A stretch of DNA of 38,050 nucleotides, from the sequence record SRR20825006_1617; one strand, written 5' to 3'. The position numbers and the translations under genes are program-made. Under the pieces are notes generated by a model, which ran no database searches, was not told the origin of the DNA, and was given only the letters and a program-made list of their open reading frames with translations. The stretch's first letter is position 1; each line of letters begins with the position of its first letter. Below, in pieces: positions 9,680-19,641 of the stretch.

Positions 9680-11359
9680 ATGGTTGCCATAACAAATACC
9701 ACCTCCCTGACTTTTCTCAAGGAAGCGATAGATACCACCCTGACGGAAGCCGAAAACCAGCTTGAAGCGTTCTCGGATGACCGTAGTCGTCAGGATGAGT
9801 TGCAGCATTGTGCGCAAGCCTTTCAGCAGCTTCGCGGTATCTGCCAAGTGGTTGAGCTGCCTGCGGCAGCCTTAATGAGTGAAGAAATGGCCCTGGCCGC
9901 GCGGGAGCTACAGGACAAAGTGTCTGACGCCCGCATCCAGGCGCTGAGCAATGCGATTGTCCTGCTGACCCGCTATTTCGATTATGTGCAGCTGAAGAAC
10001 CGAACACTGCCTGCCTTGTTGATCGGTGGTATCAATGAGTTGCGCCGTTCTGGTGGAAAGGGGCTGATTCAGGAAAGCCATTTCTTCAGTGCTGATCTGT
10101 CCCGTCAGCGCGCGCCTGAAGCGCCCCAGCGAGAGATGTCGGTTAGCGAGTTGTCAGATCTGGCCCGTCGTTTACGCCATATGTATCAGGTTGGGCTACT
10201 GGGTGTTCTTCGTGGGCAGAATAATGCCACTAATCTTAAATTGATGGCCCGGGCGCTGGTGCGTCTGGATCGGGCGGCAGGTCAATGCGGTTTGAGCCGT
10301 TTCTTGTGGGTGGCCCAGTCGGTGCTGACGGCCATGTATTGCGACCAAATGGCCATCACCCCGGCTCGCAAGGCCCTGTTGTCCCAATACGATCGCCAGC
10401 TCAAGAAGCTGGTCTATGATGGCGATCAGGCGGTGACGGAAGAGGCGCCGCTGCTGCTGATCAAGGAGAGCCTGTTTATCGTCTCGTTATCCGCTGAAGA
10501 CAGCGGAACCATTGGCGATGTGAAGCAGGCGTTTGGTCTGAAGTCCGAAGTCAGCGATACCGTCTTGCAGCGTGAGCTGGCACTGATGACCGGCGCCAGC
10601 GGCTCGGTGATCCGCTCTGTGGCCAGCGCCATGCGCGATGAAATTGCGGATTTGAAGGAAAGCCTGGATTTGGCTTCCCAGGGCGTTGCCGATACCAATT
10701 ACCAATCGGTCGCCGCCAGCCTGAATCGTCTGGGTAGCACCCTGGACATGATCAACAAGGACGACGAATCGCGGGCGATCAAACTGCGGGCCAGGGAAGT
10801 GTCGCAATGGGCGCCTGATCAGAATGTGGAAGGCGAGGCGTTCCATGGCCTGGTCGATGATCTTTTGATCGTGGAGAACGTGGTGGCGGGCCTGGAGCGC
10901 AGCATCAGCCCGGAAGATGATGTCCACCGTACGGCCAACAATACCAATATCTCCCTCTACCAACTGGACGACGCCCGTATGACAGTGGTGGGTGAGTGCC
11001 GCGCCGGCCTGGCGTTGGCCAAACGGTCTATTTCCTCGTTCATGGATAACAACTGGGATGCCATGCATCTGTCCAACCTGCCGGGCACGTTCGCCTCGAT
11101 TGCGGGCGGCTTGATGTTCCTGGAACTGGATCGGGCCAAAGCGGTTACCGAGGCGTGCCACAAATACATCAGCAACCGGTTGCTTGGCGGTGATCAGGTG
11201 CCTACCCGGGAAAACATGGAAACCCTTGCGGATGCCCTGACCGGAGTGGATTACTACCTGGAAAGCATGGAAGAGCAGAAACCCATTGGTGACGGCGTGC
11301 TGGAGGTGGCTGAGGAAAGCATGAATGCATTAGGCTTTCCGGTGTCAAAAGTCGCCTGA
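9680..11359 (+). CDS. fimL: FimL-like pseudo-Hpt scaffold of the Pil-Chp system (homologous to the ChpA N-terminus)
   Basis: 559 aa helical protein with QQLRGICQVVEL, LLIGGINELRR, RRLRHMYQVGLLG, LADALTGVDYYLE; lies between nhaB and nudC as fimL does in Pseudomonas. Confidence 0.8.
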   Translation: MVAITNTTSLTFLKEAIDTTLTEAENQLEAFSDDRSRQDELQHCAQAFQQLRGICQVVELPAAALMSEEMALAARELQDKVSDARIQALSNAIVLLTRYFDYVQLKNRTLPALLIGGINELRRSGGKGLIQESHFFSADLSRQRAPEAPQREMSVSELSDLARRLRHMYQVGLLGVLRGQNNATNLKLMARALVRLDRAAGQCGLSRFLWVAQSVLTAMYCDQMAITPARKALLSQYDRQLKKLVYDGDQAVTEEAPLLLIKESLFIVSLSAEDSGTIGDVKQAFGLKSEVSDTVLQRELALMTGASGSVIRSVASAMRDEIADLKESLDLASQGVADTNYQSVAASLNRLGSTLDMINKDDESRAIKLRAREVSQWAPDQNVEGEAFHGLVDDLLIVENVVAGLERSISPEDDVHRTANNTNISLYQLDDARMTVVGECRAGLALAKRSISSFMDNNWDAMHLSNLPGTFASIAGGLMFLELDRAKAVTEACHKYISNRLLGGDQVPTRENMETLADALTGVDYYLESMEEQKPIGDGVLEVAEESMNALGFPVSKVA

Positions 11360-11395
11360 GTTTTCGCCGCATGAACAACGTCGCATGAGACCGCC

Positions 11396-12196
11396 ATGAT
11401 TGATCTTTCCAGCCCGGAACCCCAAGACGCCGATAGTGCGCGCTGCTATGTCATCCATGAACAGGATGTCATGATTTCCAGCCAGGCGGACTGGCAGTTT
11501 CCGGAACTGCCCGCCAAGTGGCTTCGTCAGCACCCGGATTACCATTTTCTGGGTTTTCTGTCCGGCCAGCCCTGTTATGTCTGCGAGTTGTCCCGTCATG
11601 AATTCGATGACGGCCAGTTACAGCGCGTACCACTGCGCCGCCTGATCGGCACGACATTCAGCGATGCCGAATTTTCCATGGCCAGCCGGGCCCTGCAGTT
11701 TTTGAGCTGGCGGCAGAATCACCGTTTTTGTAGTCGCTGCGGCTCCCCCACAGAGCCACATCCCCGTGATCTGGCGATGACCTGTGCGGGCTGCGGCTAC
11801 TTCCAGTATCCACGAATTACTCCTTGCATCATTACGCTGGTCACTGATGGTGAGCATGCGTTGCTGGGACGCTCTGCCCGTTTCCCCGAGGGGTTTTATT
11901 CCTGCCTGGCCGGATTTATGGAGGCGGGAGAAACAGCGGAGCAGGCGTTGGCACGGGAGGTCATGGAAGAAAGCGGCATATCAGTGAAGAATTTACAGTA
12001 CCTGAATAGTCAGTCGTGGCCGTTTCCGCATTCCCTGATGCTGGGTTTCATGGCGGAATACGCGGGCGGGGAGATTCGCATCGATGACGATGAAATCGTT
12101 GATGCCGCCTGGTTCCATTATCAGGACCTTCCCATGGTGCCGCCGCCGGGCAGTATTGCCCGCTCACTGATTGACCAATGGATAGCCCGTTTCTAG
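11396..12196 (+). CDS. nudC: NAD(H) diphosphatase / NAD-cap decapping enzyme
   Basis: Zn finger CSRC..CAGC, YPRITP, Nudix box GFMEAGETAEQALAREVMEESG, SQSWPFPHSLM. Confidence 0.96.
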   Translation: MIDLSSPEPQDADSARCYVIHEQDVMISSQADWQFPELPAKWLRQHPDYHFLGFLSGQPCYVCELSRHEFDDGQLQRVPLRRLIGTTFSDAEFSMASRALQFLSWRQNHRFCSRCGSPTEPHPRDLAMTCAGCGYFQYPRITPCIITLVTDGEHALLGRSARFPEGFYSCLAGFMEAGETAEQALAREVMEESGISVKNLQYLNSQSWPFPHSLMLGFMAEYAGGEIRIDDDEIVDAAWFHYQDLPMVPPPGSIARSLIDQWIARF

Positions 12197-12208
12197 AAGG
12201 ATTTGAGT

Positions 12209-12856
12209 ATGAACTACACCCTGGCACCCCTGGTGCTTATCGCTTTCAGTCTTCTGTTCGTTTTGCTGGGCGCCTGGGTATTGCTGCGCCAGAAGTGGGT
12301 GCTGCAATGGCTGAAAGGCACCGCTGGGCTGTTGCTGGTGGTGTTGGCCATTTATATGAGTGTCTTTGCGCTGAACCTCTACGGCTACAAGGAATATGCC
12401 CAGGAAGTCTCGGTGGCCACAGTCAGCTTTCGCGAATCCGGTGATCAGTCCTTTATTGCTACAGTCACCCGCACAGACGGTAGCGCTGAAGACTTCCGGT
12501 TGAAAGGCGATCAATGGCAACTGGATGCCCGCGTGATCAAGTGGAAGATGCCTTTCAGCCTGCTGGGCCTGAAGCCGGGTTATCAATTGGACCGTATCCA
12601 GGGGCGTTATTACGCCCTGGAAGATGAGCGCTCCCGCGAACGTACCGTTTATAGCCTGCATCGCGATCCGGTTGGTCTGGATGTGTGGTTACTGGCAAAA
12701 GAAGGCTGGAGCCTGATTATTGATGCCCGCTACGGTAGCGCGGCTTATCTGCCCATGGCGGATGGTGCCTTGTTTGAGGTCAATGTGGGGCCTACCGGGC
12801 TGGTGGCGCGCCCCATGAATGGAAGCGCCCAGCAAGCCATTTCTGGTTGGGACTGA
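12209..12856 (+). CDS. Conserved hypothetical membrane protein (2 N-terminal TM helices, GDQWQLDAR motif)
   Basis: Two hydrophobic helices, then a soluble domain with GDQWQLDARVIKW, RIQGRY, DARYGSAAYLP; directly follows nudC with an AAGGA RBS. Confidence 0.8.
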   Translation: MNYTLAPLVLIAFSLLFVLLGAWVLLRQKWVLQWLKGTAGLLLVVLAIYMSVFALNLYGYKEYAQEVSVATVSFRESGDQSFIATVTRTDGSAEDFRLKGDQWQLDARVIKWKMPFSLLGLKPGYQLDRIQGRYYALEDERSRERTVYSLHRDPVGLDVWLLAKEGWSLIIDARYGSAAYLPMADGALFEVNVGPTGLVARPMNGSAQQAISGWD

Positions 12857-12861
12857 TTTCT

Positions 12862-12921
12862 TGCCGCCGCCCGCCAGGTTGGCGGCACTCTTTTTGTCCG
12901 GGGCAAAGCCTCTTTGCCCCG
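12862..12921 (+). terminator. Two tandem hairpins, probable terminator of the fimL-nudC-hypothetical operon
   Basis: TGCCGCC...GGCGGCA followed by CTCTTTTT, then CGGGGCAAAG-CCT-CTTTGCCCCG (perfect 10-bp stem). Confidence 0.6.
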
Positions 12922-13036
12922 TCTTTATTCCCCCGCTGATTACCCCAATGGCTCCGGCTTATGTAGAATCAACCGGAGTTTGATTTCCGTGAATTACTGG
13001 CGCCGCGCGCTGGATCCCCTGGAGAGTAGATAGACT

Positions 13037-14089
13037 GTGATCGCGTTTTTAATGGAATACGGCATGTTTCTGGCCAAAGTCGCCACCCTTGTAGTGGCGA
13101 TTTTGTTTATTTTGGGCGGCATTGCGGCGGCAGCGTCGCGTAATCGCGGCAAGGGCGATCAAGATGGCGAATTGAAAGTTCGCCATCTCAATGATGAGTT
13201 CGATGACCTGAAGGAGTCCCTGGAAGCGGAAATCATTCCTGAGGCTCAGCGTAAAAAGGCCGACAAGGCCAAGCGCAAACAGGAAAAGCTTGAGGCTAAA
13301 CAGAAGAAGAAAGCCGGCACTGAGGACAAGATCCTGCCGCGTCTGTTTGTGCTCGATTTCAATGGCGACGTTCAGGCAAGCGGTGTAGATCACCTGCGCC
13401 GTGAAATTACCGCCGTTCTGCAGGTCGCCAGCCAGGATGACGAAGTGCTGGTGCGGCTGGAAAGCCCCGGTGGTTTGGTGCACAGCTATGGGCTGGCATC
13501 CTCACAACTGCGTCGAATCCGTAATCAGGGGATCAAGCTGACCATCGCTGTGGATCAGGTGGCCGCCAGCGGGGGTTACATGATGGCCTGCATTGCGGAT
13601 CGTATTGTGGCAGCGCCTTTTGCAATTATCGGTTCTATTGGTGTGGTCGCGCAGATCCCGAATTTCCATCGTTTGCTCAAGAAAAACGATATTGATGTGG
13701 AGCTGATGACCGCCGGTGAATACAAACGCACCATGACAATGCTGGGTGAAAATACCGAAAAAGGCCGGGCCAAGTTTCAGGAAGAGCTGGAAGATACCCA
13801 TCAGTTGTTCAAAGGATTTGTCCGTGACAACCGCCGTGGCCTGGATCTGGACAAGGTGGCCACTGGTGAGCACTGGTTCGGCACCCAGGCAAAGGAACTG
13901 GGCCTGGTTGATGAAATCATGACCAGTGATGAGCTGTTACAACTGCGCAAAGACAGCCAAACGCTCTACCAGGTACAGTGGGAAGCCAAACGCAAGCTGG
14001 GTGAGAAGCTCGGTTTTTCCCTGGAGGCGACTGTACACAGAGTGCTGGAGAAATTCTGGCATCGAGGTAGTCAGCGCCAGATTCATTAA
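13037..14089 (+). CDS. sohB: S49 family protease SohB
   Basis: N-terminal TM helix, Lys-rich coil, RLESPGGLVHSYGLA, VAASGGYMMAC, GSIGV, TAGEYKRT, VATGEHW. Confidence 0.95.
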   Translation: MIAFLMEYGMFLAKVATLVVAILFILGGIAAAASRNRGKGDQDGELKVRHLNDEFDDLKESLEAEIIPEAQRKKADKAKRKQEKLEAKQKKKAGTEDKILPRLFVLDFNGDVQASGVDHLRREITAVLQVASQDDEVLVRLESPGGLVHSYGLASSQLRRIRNQGIKLTIAVDQVAASGGYMMACIADRIVAAPFAIIGSIGVVAQIPNFHRLLKKNDIDVELMTAGEYKRTMTMLGENTEKGRAKFQEELEDTHQLFKGFVRDNRRGLDLDKVATGEHWFGTQAKELGLVDEIMTSDELLQLRKDSQTLYQVQWEAKRKLGEKLGFSLEATVHRVLEKFWHRGSQRQIH

Positions 14090-14136
14090 CCTGGCTTTTA
14101 CCTAACACTTTACCCAACACCGCAGAGGAGTAGCCC

Positions 14137-15129
14137 ATGAGATTTCAGGCATTACAAACCCGCGAGACTGATACCGGCTATAGCAACTCGCTGGTAGAGC
14201 GCGAGCTGAGCGAATTGGGCGAAGGTGGTGTATTGGTACGGGTGCAGTGGTCGTCACTGAACTACAAGGATGCGCTGTCAGCCACCGGCAACAAGGGGGT
14301 CACCCGTCAGTTTCCGCATACGCCAGGCATTGATGCCGTCGGCGTGGTGGAAGAGGCCAGTGATGGTCCTTTTAGTGTGGGCGATGCTGTAATTTGCACG
14401 GGTTATGACCTGGGTATGAACACTGATGGCGGCTACGCAGAGTATATCCGTGTGCCTGCTGAATGGCTGGTGCCGCTGCCGGATGGCCTGGCGCCTCGTG
14501 ATGCCATGCTCTTGGGCACCGCTGGGTTAACGGCAGCACTGAGTATTGAGTCGCTGCTTGATACGGGCGTTAACCCGGATCAGGGGCCGGTAGTAGTGAC
14601 GGGAGCGACTGGCGGCGTGGGCAGTGTCTGCGTGGCAATTCTGGCCAAGCTGGGATTTGAAGTGGTTGCCGTCAGCGGTAAGGCGGATGCCAGCGCATGG
14701 CTCACGGATCTGGGGGCTGCACGGATCATAGATCGCCAAACTTTCCTGGACAGTGCGGCCAAACCGATGGCCAAAGAGCAATGGGCCGGTGCGGTGGATT
14801 GCGTTGGTGGTGAAATGCTCGCTGCTGCCCTCAAAGGGCTCAAGTACGGTGGCAGTGCTACCTGCTGCGGGCTGGCAGGTTCGCCAAAACTGGAAATGAC
14901 GGTTTTTCCGTTTATTCTGCGCGGTGTCAATCTGCTGGGTGTCGACAGCGTTGAGCTGCCCTGTGAGATCAAGCAGCAAATGTGGCAACTGTTGGCCGAT
15001 GAGTGGATGCCGAAGAACCTGGCGCTTCTTGAAGCTGAGGAAACGGATCTTGGCGGTGTGGTCGAGTGGGTGGATCGCATTCTTGCCGGTGGCGTTCGTG
15101 GACGGGTTGTCGTGAAACTCCCGCAATAG
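14137..15129 (+). CDS. yhdH: YhdH/AcuI-family NADPH-dependent (acryloyl-CoA/quinone) oxidoreductase, MDR superfamily
   Basis: SSLNYKDAL, PGID, GTAGLTA, VTGATGGVGS, TVFPFILRGVNLLGVDSV. Confidence 0.9.
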   Translation: MRFQALQTRETDTGYSNSLVERELSELGEGGVLVRVQWSSLNYKDALSATGNKGVTRQFPHTPGIDAVGVVEEASDGPFSVGDAVICTGYDLGMNTDGGYAEYIRVPAEWLVPLPDGLAPRDAMLLGTAGLTAALSIESLLDTGVNPDQGPVVVTGATGGVGSVCVAILAKLGFEVVAVSGKADASAWLTDLGAARIIDRQTFLDSAAKPMAKEQWAGAVDCVGGEMLAAALKGLKYGGSATCCGLAGSPKLEMTVFPFILRGVNLLGVDSVELPCEIKQQMWQLLADEWMPKNLALLEAEETDLGGVVEWVDRILAGGVRGRVVVKLPQ

Positions 15130-15159
15130 CGACTGGCTAGAGCAGGCCAGACAGAACGT

Positions 15160-15187
15160 AAAAGCGCGGTTTATCCGCGCTTTTTTT
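15160..15187 (+). terminator. Rho-independent terminator
   Basis: AAAAGCGCGG-TTTAT-CCGCGCTTTTTTT. Confidence 0.88.
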
Positions 15188-15250
15188 ATTTGTGTGCTTT
15201 TGTCCGCTAACGCATGCTGTGTAGCGTGGCAATATGTTATGCAGTGGTGA

Positions 15251-16222
15251 GTGAAAAGGACGCTTATGAACGAATCTCACTGGCTTAAAATAGCCCTGAC
15301 ACTGGATGGGCAGGGTGGCGCTACCGGTTTCGATGCGCAGGCGCGGTTATCCGAAACATCCCCCTACTGGGTGCACCTGGACTATACGCAGCCACAAAGC
15401 GAACAGTGGCTTGAACAGCAGTCCATTCCGCCAATGGTTATTACGGCTCTCACCGCCACGGAAACGCGACCTCGTGCCACAGAAGTAGCGGGTGGCCTGC
15501 TGGTGTATCTTCGTGGGGTCAATTTGCATCCAGGCGCTCGGCCTGAAGACATGATCGCCCTGCGGTTGTGGGTCGGGCCTCAAGGCGTAATCAGCACTCA
15601 AAAACGAACGCTGCTGTCGCTGGTGACCGTGCAGGAAGAACTCGATGCTGGCGAGGGGGTGGTTGCTATTCCAGGGCTGGTCACCCGGCTGGTTGATCAA
15701 TTGATCTGGCGAATGGAAGACGTGATCGAAAGCCTGGAGTCTGAGGTGGAAGACTGTGCGTTGTCCATCGAGGAGGCCCCAACCATTAGCCTGACCCCGC
15801 GCCTCAGCCAGATTCGCCGCCGTTCTATCACGTTGCGACGCTTCTTCGCGCCGCAACGGGAAGCGCTGATCAAATTGCAGAACGAAGCCATGTTCACCGG
15901 AGGTGATGCCTTGCTGCTTCGCGAAGCGGGGGACCGTCTACAGCGTCTGCTGGAAGATCTGGATGCGGCCCGTGAGCATGCGACCTTGTTGCAGGAAGAA
16001 GTTTTCTCCGTGCAGAACGAAGCCATCAACGATCGCATGTATCTGCTGGCGATGATCTCCGCGTTGTTTCTGCCGTTGGGCTTTCTTACTGGCCTGTTCG
16101 GCATCAATGTGGGAGGCCTTCCTGGTGTTGAAGACCCTGCGGGTTTCTGGTGGTTTACAGCAGGGATTGGGGTAATCAGTGTGGGGGTACTGGTATGGAT
16201 GCGAAAACGCCGCTGGCTGTAA
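15251..16222 (+). CDS. zntB: ZntB/CorA-family divalent cation transporter
   Basis: WVHLDY, ETRPR, LRGVNL.PG..PEDM..LRLW, FLPLGFLTGLFGINVGGLPG (GIN motif typical of the ZntB clade), two C-terminal TMs. Start may be 15266. Confidence 0.85.
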   Translation: MKRTLMNESHWLKIALTLDGQGGATGFDAQARLSETSPYWVHLDYTQPQSEQWLEQQSIPPMVITALTATETRPRATEVAGGLLVYLRGVNLHPGARPEDMIALRLWVGPQGVISTQKRTLLSLVTVQEELDAGEGVVAIPGLVTRLVDQLIWRMEDVIESLESEVEDCALSIEEAPTISLTPRLSQIRRRSITLRRFFAPQREALIKLQNEAMFTGGDALLLREAGDRLQRLLEDLDAAREHATLLQEEVFSVQNEAINDRMYLLAMISALFLPLGFLTGLFGINVGGLPGVEDPAGFWWFTAGIGVISVGVLVWMRKRRWL

Positions 16223-16264
16223 AGCGGCAGCGGCGTTTTCATGGTGCCCGAAGCGGTTTGAAGT

Positions 16265-16753
16265 CTAACCGCGCCGATATAGAGGGCGCGGTTCGTTGAC
16301 GTCCCCTTGATAGGTGACGCTGAAATCTTTCAAACCTTTCAGTGCTTCTTCGATGCTGCGGTCTTCGCGCACTTCGAACGCGTTGAAGCCGCAACGGGTC
16401 ATGTAGAAGAGCTGGTCACGGAGTACATCCCCGGTGGCGCGAACTTCACCCTTGAAGTTGTAACGGGTGCGCAGCTCACGCGCATAGGAATACCCGCGGC
16501 CGTCTTTGAACGCCGGGAAGTGGATGGCGACTAGGGGCAGGGCTGCCAGGTCGTCTTCCAGGTCTTTCGGTTCTTCGCCCGGCGCCAGCCACACGGCCAC
16601 ATCGCCACGACTAAGTAGCGCATCACGGTGGGCCTGCCAGTAGGCCAGCGGCACAATGATCTTGCCGCCGGGCAACTCTGCCTCCAGAGCATCACCTTCA
16701 AGGCGTTGCCACTGGTTGTCCACGATGGCGCCATCAATGATTACCTTACCCAT
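16265..16753 (-). CDS. DUF934 protein (sulfite reductase partner)
   Basis: FPAFKDGRGYSYARELR, GEVRATGDVLRDQLFYMTRCGF; start overlaps the cysI stop. Confidence 0.92.
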   Translation of the reverse strand: MGKVIIDGAIVDNQWQRLEGDALEAELPGGKIIVPLAYWQAHRDALLSRGDVAVWLAPGEEPKDLEDDLAALPLVAIHFPAFKDGRGYSYARELRTRYNFKGEVRATGDVLRDQLFYMTRCGFNAFEVREDRSIEEALKGLKDFSVTYQGDVNEPRPLYRRG

Positions 16754-18392
16754 AGATGCGCTCCTTGAACGGGTCCATGCCAATACGCTCGTAGGTGTCG
16801 ATAAACGGCTCGTTCTCCAGACGCTTTTCCACGTAGAGCTTGATGATTTTCTCTACCACATCGGTGATTTCTTCGGACTCGAAAGAGGGGCCCATTTTCT
16901 CGCCCACGCGAGACAGTTTGTCGCCACGACCACCCAGAGTAACCTGGTAGAATTCCTTGCCTTTCTTGTCCACACCAAGGATGCCGATGTGACCGATGTG
17001 GTGGTGGCCACAGGCATTCATGCAGCCGGAAATATTCAAATCCAGCGGGCCCAGATCGTGGACGTAATCCACATCATCGAAACGGCGTTGAATGGATTCG
17101 GCAATGGGGATCGACTTGGCATTTGCCAGCGCGCACAGATCACCACCGGGGCAGGCCACAATATCGGTGAGCAGACCCAGGTTCGGTGTCGCAAAACCGA
17201 GGGCATCCAGGGCTTTCCACAGATCATACAGATCGTTGGCAGCAACGTCGGACAGCACCATGTTCTGCTGGTGGCTGTTACGAAGCTCGCCAAAGCTATA
17301 TTGATCCGCCAGGTTGGCGACCGCCTCCAGTTGCTCGTCGCTGATGTCGCCGGGCACACGGCCGGTGCGTTTCAGCGTCAGGGTAACGGCACGGTAACCG
17401 GCCTGCTTGTGCGCACGGGTATTGGTGTGGAACCAGCGGCTGAACGCTTTGTCTTCGGCCAGTTTGGCGTCCAGGGCGGCCGTGTCGGCGCTTTGGTAAT
17501 CCGGGGCGGTGAAGCAGCTCTTGATGCGTGCGACTTCTTCGGCGGTCAGGGTCATCTCGCCGCCTTTCAGCTCGGCGAATTCCTGCTCCACCAGTTCGCG
17601 GTATTTCTCCGCGCCGAGGGCTTTCACCAGAATCTTGATACGCGCCTTGTACTTGTTGTCGCGGTTACCGTACTTGTTGTAGACGCGCAGAATGGATTCG
17701 AGGTAAGCGAGCAGATCCTGCCATGGAACAAATTCACCGATGACCGCACCGGTCATGGGAGTACGGCCCAGGCCGCCGCCGGCCCATACCTGGAAGCCGG
17801 TTTCGCCGTCGGCACCGTGTACCAGTTGCACACCGATATCGTGGACACCGATCAGGGCCGGGTCAGCGTCCGGTACGGCGTTAACGGCAATCTTGAATTT
17901 ACGCGGCAGGTAGGCGAATTCCGGATTGAACGTGGACCACTGGCGAATGATTTCGCACCAAGGGCGCGGGTCTTCAATCTCTTTGGGATTAACCCCAGCG
18001 AATTCGTCGGTGGTGATATTGCGGATGCAGTTACCACTGGTTTGAATGGCATGCATCTGTACGTCGGCCAGTTCCGCCAGAATATCCGGCACTTCTTCAA
18101 CGGAAGGCCAGTTCAGCTGGATGTTCTGACGGGTGCTGACATGGCAGAAGCCTTTGTCATAGGTCCGCACGATATGCGCCAGGCGGCGCAGTTGACGACT
18201 CGCCAACAGGCCATAAGGAACGGAAATACGCAGCATGGGCGCATAACGCTGAATGTAGAGGCCGTTTTGCAGGCGAAGGGCGAGAAACTCGTCTTCGCTG
18301 AGCTCATTGGCGAGAAAACGGCGGGTCTGGTCGCGATACTGCGCCACCCGCTCTTCCAGCAACCGTTGATCGTATTCCTGATAGACGTACAT
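16746..18392 (-). CDS. cysI: Sulfite reductase siroheme/4Fe-4S hemoprotein (Pseudomonas-type CysI)
   Basis: LRLQNGLY, TSGNCIRN, LPRKFKIA, GGGLGRTP, ACPGGDLCALANA, ISGCMNACGHHH. Confidence 0.95.
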   Translation of the reverse strand: MYVYQEYDQRLLEERVAQYRDQTRRFLANELSEDEFLALRLQNGLYIQRYAPMLRISVPYGLLASRQLRRLAHIVRTYDKGFCHVSTRQNIQLNWPSVEEVPDILAELADVQMHAIQTSGNCIRNITTDEFAGVNPKEIEDPRPWCEIIRQWSTFNPEFAYLPRKFKIAVNAVPDADPALIGVHDIGVQLVHGADGETGFQVWAGGGLGRTPMTGAVIGEFVPWQDLLAYLESILRVYNKYGNRDNKYKARIKILVKALGAEKYRELVEQEFAELKGGEMTLTAEEVARIKSCFTAPDYQSADTAALDAKLAEDKAFSRWFHTNTRAHKQAGYRAVTLTLKRTGRVPGDISDEQLEAVANLADQYSFGELRNSHQQNMVLSDVAANDLYDLWKALDALGFATPNLGLLTDIVACPGGDLCALANAKSIPIAESIQRRFDDVDYVHDLGPLDLNISGCMNACGHHHIGHIGILGVDKKGKEFYQVTLGGRGDKLSRVGEKMGPSFESEEITDVVEKIIKLYVEKRLENEPFIDTYERIGMDPFKERIYG

Positions 18393-18525
18393 GGGACTGT
18401 ATCACCGTCCTTAAATGCTTAAAATTCAATAGGTAAGCGTTGCTCCCGGAGGGGGCAGAGCGGCACTCTAGCAAAGCGCCCTTATAGTGAAAAGAAATAT
18501 CTTGGCATATCTCTATTACACAGAG

Positions 18526-18771
18526 CTATTTAGCGGCCGCGTCCAGCACCAGATTCACAGTTACCACCATGCCGATCACCAAGGCCGCAACCAGTACCAC
18601 ATAGACACCAATAAAGTTGCCCGCATCGCCCTTGGTAAAGTCCCGTTCGCGGTTCTTGCTGCTTTGAACACCGAGCAAACCGGCCAGAATGCTGTGAATG
18701 GTCTGCCAGAGTGTCGGCTTGCTGTGATCCGGCTGCTGCGCCTGATCCTGTGCGGGGTGTTGGTCTGACAT
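18526..18771 (-). CDS. DUF2970-like small membrane protein
   Basis: SILAGLLGVQSSKNRERDFTKG followed by one TM helix; start at the ATG at 18771 after AGGA. Confidence 0.85.
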   Translation of the reverse strand: MSDQHPAQDQAQQPDHSKPTLWQTIHSILAGLLGVQSSKNRERDFTKGDAGNFIGVYVVLVAALVIGMVVTVNLVLDAAAK

Positions 18772-18929
18772 GAATAATCCTGTGTTTTGGCTGAAGGCTA
18801 AACGTTGGATGTCTGTGGCGCGCCGTGTGTAGAGCCAGGGCGCGGCACCGGGTGGCATATTGTACTCCTGACAGCCGCCTGGCGACAGCACCACAGGACC
18901 AGACTTGAATTGTGTATGTGGTGTCGCCA

Positions 18930-18967
18930 TTGCAACTGGTGAGTACCTGACTAAAATAGTCAGGAAA
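18930..18967 (+). promoter_or_regulatory. nfuA promoter (TTGCAA-16-TAAAAT) overlapped by a type 1 IscR box
   Basis: GTACCTGACTAAAATAGTCAGGAAA (18943-18967) matches the core of ATASYYGACTRWWWYAGTCRRSTAT; nfuA is a known IscR target. Confidence 0.8.
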
Positions 18968-19047
18968 TGAGGCAGGCGCACGTCGCTGCCTTTACCTCTT
19001 GCGCCTTTTATTGCGTATGGGTTCATTCATACCGACCAGGAATCATG

Positions 19048-19641
19048 ATGGCAGAGCAGTTGATCGACATTACCGAAACCGCCCAGGATTACTTGCGTGA
19101 CTTGCTGAGCAAGCAGGATCAGGCCGAGATTGGTGTGCGTATCTTTGTCGAGCGCCCCGGCACCCCGCACGCGGAATGCTGTATGGCCTATTGCCCGGAG
19201 GGCGAACAGGAAGAAAGTGATGTTCGCTACGACTATGAAGGATTTCATGCCTGGATCGAGGGTAAGAGCGTCCGTTACCTGGAAGACGCGGTTATCGACT
19301 ACAAGAAAGACAGTATGGGTGGGCAGCTGACCTTCCGCGCGCCCAAGTCACGGGTACCGGATATCAGTGAAGACGCCACCATCGAAGAGAAGATCAATTA
19401 CGTGCTGTACGCGGAGATCAACCCGAATCTCGCGGCCCACGGGGGCAGTGTACAGCTGCTCGAGCTCACCGAGGATAATGTGGCGGTGCTGGAATTCGGT
19501 GGTGGTTGCCAAGGCTGTTCCGTCGTGGATGTGACCTTGCGTGACGGTGTAGAGAAAACCCTGCAGGAGCGGATTCCTGAGCTCACTGGGGTGCGTGATA
19601 AAACCGACCACTCGGTGACGGATAACGCGTATTACAGCTAA
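19048..19641 (+). CDS. nfuA: Fe/S biogenesis protein NfuA
   Basis: Degenerate A-type domain (PGTPHAECCMAYC) plus NifU-C domain (INPNLAAHGG, FGGGCQGC). Start 19045 or 19048. Confidence 0.96.
   Translation: MAEQLIDITETAQDYLRDLLSKQDQAEIGVRIFVERPGTPHAECCMAYCPEGEQEESDVRYDYEGFHAWIEGKSVRYLEDAVIDYKKDSMGGQLTFRAPKSRVPDISEDATIEEKINYVLYAEINPNLAAHGGSVQLLELTEDNVAVLEFGGGCQGCSVVDVTLRDGVEKTLQERIPELTGVRDKTDHSVTDNAYYS

Noticed and set aside
16656..18422. 588-aa plus-strand ORF antisense to cysI
   Set aside because: Codon-for-codon shadow of a strongly biased GC-rich gene; no recognisable motifs or RBS.
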